From Eledone cirrhosa (lineage: Eukaryota): a stretch of 64,000 bases of DNA. Positions 53,951 through 64,000 of the stretch are shown piece by piece. The first letter of the stretch is position 1, and every line of letters begins with the position of its first letter. The notes under the pieces were generated by a model that was given only the letters and a program-made list of their open reading frames with translations, made no database searches and was not told the origin of the DNA. The position numbers were made by a program, and so were the translations under genes. Where the stretch lies: contig OZ024741.1 of the NCBI GenBank assembly GCA_964016885.1, positions 289,292,001-289,356,000 on the forward strand. Direction: 5' to 3'.

Positions 53951-55388
53951 ACATATGTATGTATGTATATGTATGTACACATATATATTTATATACATAC
54001 GTGTGTATATATACTAGCAGCTTCGCAATTTAGGGGTTTTATTTCTTTTGATGGAAAACAGTGACCGTACTGCAGAATCGATTTCATAAAACGGTACTGT
54101 ATGATCGTTAAATGTAGAAGGATGATAGTTTATTAACAGCGAAATAGCAATGTTGATGATATGCAAGTTTAAAAATGCATATTATGAAGGTTTGTATGAT
54201 AGTTTACACTTTTTCCTGAAACTGCTTCTTTATAATACACTTTCAATAATATTTTTCAAATTATTGGTACTGTATGTTAACAGCGAAAGAACGTTGATGA
54301 GTTTAAAAATTCGTATGAAATTGTAAATAACTCAAGTATTAGAACAGGGGGAAATAACTTACCGTACGCGATAGTAAATAGACCGTTTGGGGGCCCTAGG
54401 AACCACATTTTTCAAGTTAGAGATTTGAAACCTCGTCTATTTGCTTCCTTGGCACTTTTTACATAGGTTTGTAAATTTTCATGTCCGTCCGACGACGTCT
54501 ACTACCATTTAACCGTGCACATCTGAATTTCAACCACCATCCATTTCACAAATATATATTAGATTTGATGATTATGTTTCTTAATAGAAAAGTTCAATCG
54601 ACATTTGTTCTTCATTGCAAGATTCTTTATGTGGAGTCATGTGCTGAAACAAATATTTTTATACAATGGGAGGGCAATGATGCCAATAAAACAGATGGAC
54701 CTGTTTAGGTTCACTCCAGTTTTTCTCGTTAGTCAGGAAACTTAAAGGAATGGTTATATATTTGTGAAATCTATTTCACCATACATTCAGCGACCTCAAA
54801 GTATCTTTGGGCATTCTTTGCCGCATCTGGTTTTGATTTTACCTCAGTTACGCCATCTTTTTCTCTTCTAGAGTAACTGGAGAAATGTGGTAATGGGGAG
54901 GAGACGCTGAACACCAAAACAATTCATTGAGTAGGTCACAGGGTGTGTGATGAAATACATTTGACAATTAAATAATGCCTCGTTTGCTAAAACCAACCTA
55001 TAAATGGATTCGTTATCTGGCTAATAACAAAACTATTTGAAGCGTAGCCTTTACAAAGTATAACAGTAGACATATTGAATCATCTTCATCATTATCCTCA
55101 TTAAACCTATTCTAAAGCCCCACATCATCATAATCATCGCCATCAGTGTCATAAGCATCCTCAACCTCACCTTCATCATCATCCGCCACTTGTCATCAAC
55201 TACATCTTCCTTCACCTCCGTCCACATACTCATCCTACTCCTCCTCCTCGTCATTTTCACCATCACCATCGCCGTATAACTCCAAAAGCCACCTAAAATT
55301 AGGCAGTTAAAATAGCAAGAAGTAGAAATAGACTTAGAAAAAGATGAAGAAAAAACAAAAACACTAAGAAGAAGAAGAAGAAGAAGAA

Positions 55389-55439
<51 letters not shown>

Positions 55440-55930
55440 AAATAATAAAAAGAACAACAGCAACAAAAACGAAGGAAACAATTTCAACAACAACAACAAC
55501 ACCACCAGCAGCAGCAGCAGCAGCAGCAACCAAGAAATGCCGATTGTATTCACGGCAACAAGGGAGAAAAAATGACCAATTTCTCTACAGCGATCGATAA
55601 GAGCAGTTACAACAACAACAACAACAACAATAACAGCAACAACAGCAACAATAACACCAACAACAGCAACAATAACACCAACAACAGCAACAATAACAGC
55701 AACAACAGCAACAATAACACCAACAACAGCAACAATAACAGCAACAACAGCAACAATAACAACAACAGCAACAGTAACAACAACAGTAAAAATAACAGCA
55801 AGTAGCAATCAATATACCTCCAATATCAACTAGAAAAAAAAGAAATCATTGACGGCCAAAAGATTAGCAAGACTGTCAGAGGGCACATAAGGTGTTATGG
55901 AATCAGTGAGAAGAAAAACTATGTATAAGG

Positions 55931-56019
<89 letters not shown>

Positions 56020-56088
56020 TGTATATATATATATATGTATATATATATATAAATGTATATATGTGTGTGTGTGTGTGCGTGTGCGGGA

Positions 56089-56125
<37 letters not shown>

Positions 56126-56143
56126 TACATATATATATGTATA

Positions 56144-56174
<31 letters not shown>

Positions 56175-56299
56175 CCATATATATATATATATAAATATCC
56201 ATATATATATATGTATATATGTATATATATATATGTATATACTCACGCACACACACACAGACATCTATATATATATACATATATATACATATATACATA

Positions 56300-56334
<35 letters not shown>

Positions 56335-56338
56335 GTAA

Positions 56339-56389
<51 letters not shown>

Positions 56390-56651
56390 TATTATATATA
56401 TATATAAATGAAAAGTATAGAAATTGTTGTAGCGAGAAGCTAACAGTATTCCATATATATGCATATATATATATATGTATATATATATATATGTGTGTGT
56501 GAGTGTGTGTGGACGTGCGTATGCGCATGTAAGAATTCATGGATGTATGTGTATATATGAATATATGTGTTTGTGTGTGTATAAATACGTGTGAGTGCGC
56601 ATCTAAGAATTCATATATATATATATATATACATGTATATATATATGTATA

Positions 56652-56722
<71 letters not shown>

Positions 56723-57100
56723 ATACATTACATGGTGGTTGTTGTTGTTCTCGTTGTTGCTGTCTCTGTATATCTTCTTTGCTGTAGTGTATATTTTAGT
56801 TCATTAGTTAGGAATACAACTGCTGCTGCTCAGTTGTTTTTTTACACATTTGCCGACATACAGACACACACACGCACACACACACACACACACCCACACA
56901 CCCACACCCACATACACCCACACCCACACCCACACCCACACACACACATATATATATATACCTAAATATACATACCTAAATATACATACCTAAAACATAC
57001 GCACCTATATTCTATTATACACATATATACACACACATACAGACACTCACACTCGTTCTCTCTCTCTCTCTCTCTCTCACCCACACACTCGCATATATAT

Positions 57101-57133
<33 letters not shown>

Positions 57134-57179
57134 CATTTATATATATATGTATACATATATATATATATATGTACATATA

Positions 57180-57241
<62 letters not shown>

Positions 57242-57682
57242 TACATATACACAGACATATAGACATATAGACAAAAGACACGCACACACAGACGTTGGCC
57301 AAATAGTATACAGCCATACACACACATACGTATATATATATATATATATACACACACATACGTATATATATATACACAGACACACACACATCTACACGCA
57401 CAAACCCATTTTTTTCTTCTAATTTTCTTTCCCTTTCAAGGCATCGTTCCTTGATTGCGTGATTTCTTTTCATCGTACAGTTAACAATAACATCAACAAC
57501 AATATCAACTATAGAAACACTAATAACAATAATATTGTTGATGGGAATGGTGCTGATACTGATCAGGCTGATGATGATGATTATGAGGCCTTTGTTTCGA
57601 AATAATTTTCTTCCCACTAGCTTGTGTTGGTTTGGTCATCATTGTTTTGTGCCTTTTACACACAAACACGCACACATGTGTT

Positions 57683-57715
<33 letters not shown>

Positions 57716-57724
57716 GTGTGTGTT

Positions 57725-57761
<37 letters not shown>

Positions 57762-58885
57762 GCGTGCGTGTGTGTGTGCCTGTATATGTGTCTGTGTGTC
57801 TGTGTGTCTGTGTGTGTGTGTGTGTACGAGCGTGTGTGTACATACAGACATTCACATATATCCCTCATGTAAAAATTAGTTATTGCATACAACCTGAAGG
57901 TTCAAGTAGTTTATTGTGATAGAGCCACTGATACACTCATAATACAACTTCATCGAATTGACATGATTTGGAATTTAAGGATAAGGTGGAGCAAGTTTGT
58001 CTTGTCTTCTCTGAAGAATATATTAAATTTAAAAAAATATATTTTCTATGTTAACGAATGCTAAGAGTTATCGAAGCGTTGGTACTGTTTGAAGATTGAG
58101 AATGTGAGAGTCTCAGACTCAGAAAGTAACTAATGGCTCTTCGCGAAAAACTACCAAACTCGCAAATTATTCGGTTCGATTCCTCATAGACGCCTCTGTC
58201 CATTTTCCCGACTTTAAAGGGTAATTTACTGAATTTTTTCAACTAGTTTCTATAGCACTTGAATGTTACTATAGATATTTTCTGTGTTTGGGATTCTCAC
58301 ATGTTCCCTAGTGTAGAATAACGTATTTTTGAATTTAATATACGCACTCATATAAGTTTCTAGTTTAGACATTAGGCCAGCAATTTTGGAAGAGGGTAAG
58401 TCGATAAAATCGAGGGCACCGAATTGAGCAACAGGCCACTGTTTAGCTGCGAGACGAAATGGTGGCAGGCGATGCGGTGGTGGTCCAAGGAGACTACATT
58501 TCACCTGAAGGCTGACTTGCACGTAATACCCGGTTACGTTCGACATCTGCATACGGGGGTGCAGCAAGGCCTTCATCGGTCTAATCGGCCAGAGCTGATT
58601 CCAGTTCCCGTGTCATGTCAGGTTCTCCCGTTTTGCGGAGGACCTCACTGATCGGAATTCGGTTGGGGGAGATATAACCGACCTATGTATCTATATAGCC
58701 TCTGACAAGAACAACAATAACGCACAAATCCCGCTTCATTTAGAAGAGCGATATATATATATATATACATTTTACATTTGATTTATTATTGCTCTGGATA
58801 AAGTCTATTGAGATTGTTTATTGAGAAGCACAACATTCTACCATATTTGATATATTTTGATTCCTCACAGTTGCATATATATGTA

Positions 58886-58920
<35 letters not shown>

Positions 58921-59520
58921 AGAAAAAGGGATGAAATCGAAAATGCAACTGAAGTCTTATTTTTTAAAAAAATATATATATTTATTTGGTTCCTTTACCG
59001 GTTTTGCAGTTCTTCTGCTTTTCAAAAGGTGAGTTGAGATGGAGGGTCTGTGGTTTTTCTCACATCTGGTTGGTCTCTAAATGTTACTTGTTTTATATGG
59101 AAAAAGTGGCTCGAAAACCAGGTTTTTCGAGAAGTAATTTGATTGGTTTGTCAATAATTATAATAAATTTCGCGCCAGTTCGCGTTACAATAGTTCTTCA
59201 AATAAGAGAGGGGGGGGGGGGGGTTGTCACAGGTTGTTTTTTCATATATGAGTGTTTGAATTTCTTTTTACTTGAAAAAATGAGGCTCACGAAGGCTTTT
59301 TTTTGGTTGGTTATAAATGAAATTTGGCTGTCACGTGAACAAGTTTTCATTACATTTTTGCGCCCTTATTTGGAAAACTATTCTGTAGTCTTTATAGTGA
59401 ATGTTATGACAATGGAGAGATAGTGGTCAAGGGAAAAGGGATTGGGAGAAATGTTCTGGTTCAGTGAATATGGCCAGCTGTCAGAGTTCAGGTGTCAGAG
59501 TTCAGATTTTCTATTGAGAC

Positions 59521-60272
59521 TGGCTAGAGAAATATCCCAATGAGATACCTGACAGAATAGAAAAAAGCTTCATCACCGAGGGATTAAAATTCATCCTACA
59601 GAACAACTTTTTTGATTTCGATGGCAATACTTACAAGCAAATATCGGGGACTGCGATGGGCACAAAAGCCGCTCCAACTTATACCAACTTAGTCATGGCA
59701 TACTTAGAAGTCCAGATATATGAACAGTCCAAATCAAAATAGGGATTGAACTTCCACAAATATTTATCAGAGAATTGGAAACGCTACTTGGATGATTGCC
59801 TCATTCTTTGGTCCCACACACTCGACCAACTGAAGGATTTCAAAGACTTAATAAACGGCATCAATAACCACATCCAATTCACAATGGAATACAGCCAAGA
59901 TCAACTCCCATTTCTGGACATCTTAATCACAAAAAAAGACACAAATATCGAAACTGACATACACTACAAACCAACAGATTCCAAACAATATCTGCTACTC
60001 ACCTCCAACCATCCAAAGCACACGAAGACGAACATTCCTTTTAACCTAGCAAGAAGAATTTGCACAATTGTCTCCAATTATGAAACGCGAAATAAAAGAC
60101 TTCAAGAATTAAAGGAAATTCTACTTGAGAGAGAGTACCCACTATTACTAATAAATAATGGAATAGAAAGGGCTAAAGCAATAGGCATTGATGAATTACG
60201 GAAACAGAAACAAATTCAAGGTACGTCCAATATTCTATCATATATCTCAACACACAACCCAAGAAATGCGGA
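59521..60272 (+). pseudogene. Penelope-like reverse transcriptase fragment (one in-frame TAG near 59740; GIY-YIG domain absent)
   Basis: WLEKYP..LKFILQNNFFDFDGNTYKQISGTAMGTKAAPTY.NLVM..WKRYLDDC..IQFTME..LPFLDI..YKPTDSKQYL..SNHPKH. Confidence 0.9.
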
Positions 60273-60506
60273 AAAAGAAATTCAAACACTCATATATGAA
60301 AAAACAACCTGTGACAACCCCCCCCCCCTCTTATTTGAAGAACTATTGTAACGCGAACTGGCGCGAAATTTATTATAATTATTGACAAACCAATCAAATT
60401 ACTTCTCGAAAAACCTGGTTTTCGAGCCACTTTTTCCATATAAAACAAGTAACATTTAGAGACCAACCAGATGTGAGAAAAACCACAGACCCTCCATCTC
60501 AACTCA

Positions 60507-60544
60507 CCTTTTGAAAAGCAGAAGAACTGCGAAACCGGTAAAGG
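60507..60544 (+). ncRNA. Minimal hammerhead, U3-A8 core variant (family H); inverted copy 58992-59029 has GAAA>AAAA
   Basis: CCTT-TTGAAAA-GCAG aagaa CTGC-GAAA-CCGG-TA-AAGG inside the Penelope terminal repeat. Confidence 0.75.
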
Positions 60545-60676
60545 AACCAAATAAATATATATATTTTAAAAAAATATAAGACTTCAGTTGCATTTTCGAT
60601 TTCATCCCTTTTTCTTTATACTTCCACTCGTGTAGGACACCTCGGTTATTTTTCATTTTGTAAAAAAAAACCTCAC

Positions 60677-60707
<31 letters not shown>

Positions 60708-60952
60708 CATACATTTATTTATTTATTATAAGAACAGATTAAAGTTAAAGTTTAAGCAAGTAATCTTATGATAAATATTTGCTCTACGGGTTTATATATA
60801 TATATATATATATATAATCCTTATCGAGCCCTCTTCGGATTTTATTATTACTATATATATATTATACTATATACATATTATACTATATATATATATTATA
60901 ATAACAATTATTACTATATATATATTATATATTATATATATATATTATATAT

Positions 60953-61180
60953 GTAGAGGTTCTATTTAAATTGTTGGGATACAACAAGCAAATATTTTTA
61001 TAACTGATATAAAGCACTCAACAAATTATTGGAGTAAAAATACGATATATTAACACATTTTATATTTTATATGATGAAAGCACACCATAATTTAACTTGG
61101 TGTCCTTGAAATATGTATAATGAAATAAATATGGTTTTATAAATATAGTTTCCATTATAGTTTCCATGTTAATATATCGT
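60953..61180 (+). mobile_element. Family A element, hammerhead 61063-61127 with C3>A
   Basis: Same ends as the other family A copies; core reads ATGATGA. Confidence 0.7.
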
Positions 61181-61203
61181 ATATATTATATATATATTAT
61201 TAT

Positions 61204-61309
<106 letters not shown>

Positions 61310-61655
61310 GGAGGGAAGGACACGGATAGATAGGTATATATAATTATATATAGATAGAGGGTTAAACAGGTAGAAACATTGCTAGCATAAAGCCATTGTA
61401 ATTTAGTAGATATATGTATGACAACGATTAATGAAAATATAGAAGAAATTTAATGTAATTGATGTAAATGTAGAATGATAGCAGGAGTAACAAGAGGTGG
61501 AATGTCAAGGAAAATCACGGATTCAAGCATCTTTACTTAATTTGTTTTAATGAAGGATGTAACACATTAATATTTAATATATTTGACTATAAACACGCCA
61601 TTTTTGACGGGTACTATACTAGTATATATATATATATATCTACATGTGTAGGTGG

Positions 61656-61731
<76 letters not shown>

Positions 61732-61857
61732 ACATCCACACACACATACATGTCTGTGTGCATGTGTATATATATATATATATATATATTATGTATATGC
61801 ATATATATATATATATATATACATATATATAAATATATATGTGTGTGTGTGTGTGTA

Positions 61858-61938
<81 letters not shown>

Positions 61939-62287
61939 AGTGAGTGAGAGAGAGTGAAAGAAAGTGAGAGAAAGAGAGAGAAGGAAATGGAGACAGACAT
62001 AGAAAGGTAATTACGGAAGACAAAGTGGGTGTGACAATGGGAATAAAGTAAAAGTAAATATATATAACAGAAAATATGAAAATATGGAGTAGAGAAACAG
62101 ATACTAACAAAGAGTGAGAGAGAGGGGGGATAGCAAATAAAAGACAAACATTTGATGGCAGTGATGATTGTGGTGGTGGTGTTAATAAGGACGGTGGGAG
62201 GGAGGTATGTGACTGAAATTGGCTAGATTGAGAACGGGAAGAAGAGATAGAATAATAGATAGATGGATTGGATATATATATATATAT

Positions 62288-62324
<37 letters not shown>

Positions 62325-62410
62325 GTGAGAGAGGGAGAGTGAGTGAGAGAGAGTGAGTGAGAGTGAGTGAGAGAGAGAGTGAGTGAGAGAGAGAGAGAAA
62401 TGTAGACATG

Positions 62411-62442
<32 letters not shown>

Positions 62443-62457
62443 TATATATATATATAA

Positions 62458-62488
<31 letters not shown>

Positions 62489-62537
62489 AATGTAGACATG
62501 TATATATATACACACACACACATACACATTTATATAT

Positions 62538-62593
<56 letters not shown>

Positions 62594-62594
62594 T

Positions 62595-62686
<92 letters not shown>

Positions 62687-62742
62687 ATCCCGTTAAGGGT
62701 GAAAGCAGCGATTCTTTGCTTAAACTTAAATCTGTTATTTTA

Positions 62743-62781
<39 letters not shown>

Positions 62782-63093
62782 AAGTATTTCCGTAGGTAAG
62801 GTAAAGGAAAAGAGAATGCTCTATGTAGGCTACATAGCTTTTTAGTTATGTAATAAACAACATAAGATAATTAATTCATTTACCAGTGGTTTCTTGAAGA
62901 CAGATATTTATATCTGTCTTTATATAGATAGATATTGATACAGATATAGTTTTATTATTGAAAAGTGAGAAAATATAGAGAAAAGGAAAGAAATTCATTG
63001 ATAGAAATTAAGAAAGAGCGATACATAGGTATCTATAACCAGAGTGTGTGGGGAAGGAGAGAGGAGCGAGACAGAGAAATAGAGAGAAAGAGG

Positions 63094-63126
<33 letters not shown>

Positions 63127-63130
63127 GGGG

Positions 63131-63191
<61 letters not shown>

Positions 63192-64000
63192 ATAAAAATG
63201 TTAGATGGATATGGAAGAGAGATGTAATGATGAGAAGAAAGTAAAAGAAAAGAATGGGGATGTAGTGGTGCAGAGAAGAAAGACAACAACAAAAAAAAAG
63301 GGAAAGAAAGAAGAAAGAAAGAAGAAAGTAAGATAGAAAGGAAGAAAGATAGAAATTCAGAAGAAAAAAGATAGAGAAATGTAAGGTGAAAAATGAACAA
63401 ATAAACCCCCCAAAAAAGAGAGTTGAAAGGAGGAGTTTGAAAGAGAGAGAGAGAGAGAAAAGAAAGAAAGAGAGAGTAATGTAAACAGGAAGGAGGGCAG
63501 GAAGGATGGTAGCTAGGAAAGATCGAAATGGGAAGTTGTTAAGATGAAGGTTAACATGGGTTCGAGTTGAAGCATCGGAGTGTAAAAAAGGCGGTAATAA
63601 TATAAAAAAAATATTAAGACGATTACATGATAAGAAAAGGAAAATATAAAGGAAAGGAAAGAAAACAGTGAAATATATATAAATATATAGATTAATAGAT
63701 GACTAAATAATGGTGATAATGAAAGTGAAAGTAGAAGTAGCGAAAGGGATAAGAGGAAGACTCTAATGACACGAGAGAAGGAAGCAATGATGCAATTAAC
63801 GTAAGAATAACAAGACAGGATGTGGATGAGAAAGATAGTGGCAATGAGGAGGGGAAGTGGCAGGAAAGAGAGAAAGAGAAAGAGAGAATGAGAGAGACAA
63901 ATAGAGCGTGAGAGAATGAGTAAATGTAGAAGACATATGAAAGAATGCGACTGAAGGAGAGATTAATAGAAAATAGTTAATTTTCGACGATGAGTGTTTA

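Larger units (their letters stand above)
58917..60683 (+). mobile_element. Rearranged Penelope-like element: inverted terminal repeats (about 58917-59269 and 60272-60620) around an RT fragment
   Basis: The roughly 350-bp arms are near-identical reverse complements; embedded in (TA)n. Confidence 0.88.

Noticed and set aside
55572-55805. Poly-Asn protein
   Set aside because: (AAC/AGC)n microsatellite with no flanking coding evidence.

Overview
AT-rich, microsatellite-saturated animal genomic DNA. The repeat families, (TA)n/(CA)n/(TATC)n density and tRNA-derived SINEs suggest an octopus/cephalopod, which is my inference. I see no confident host protein-coding gene, and nearly all ORFs in the track are microsatellite translations. 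Real coding content is transposon-derived: a near-intact Tx1-type LINE (ORF1 with CCHC knuckle; ORF2 with APE endonuclease, RT and zinc finger) sitting in a (TATC)n tract directly behind a 5'-truncated relative, a Penelope-like RT fragment between inverted terminal repeats, and CRE-like, RTE, hAT and mariner remnants. The most notable hidden layer is RNA structure. At least 7 sequence-unrelated families of minimal type I hammerhead-ribozyme motifs occur, including U3-A8 and A4 core variants and palindromic stem III, in short often fold-back Penelope-terminus/retrozyme-like elements, nearly all within or beside (TA)n tracts. A U6 snRNA-retroposon-tail chimera is also present. All RNA folds were assigned by eye.
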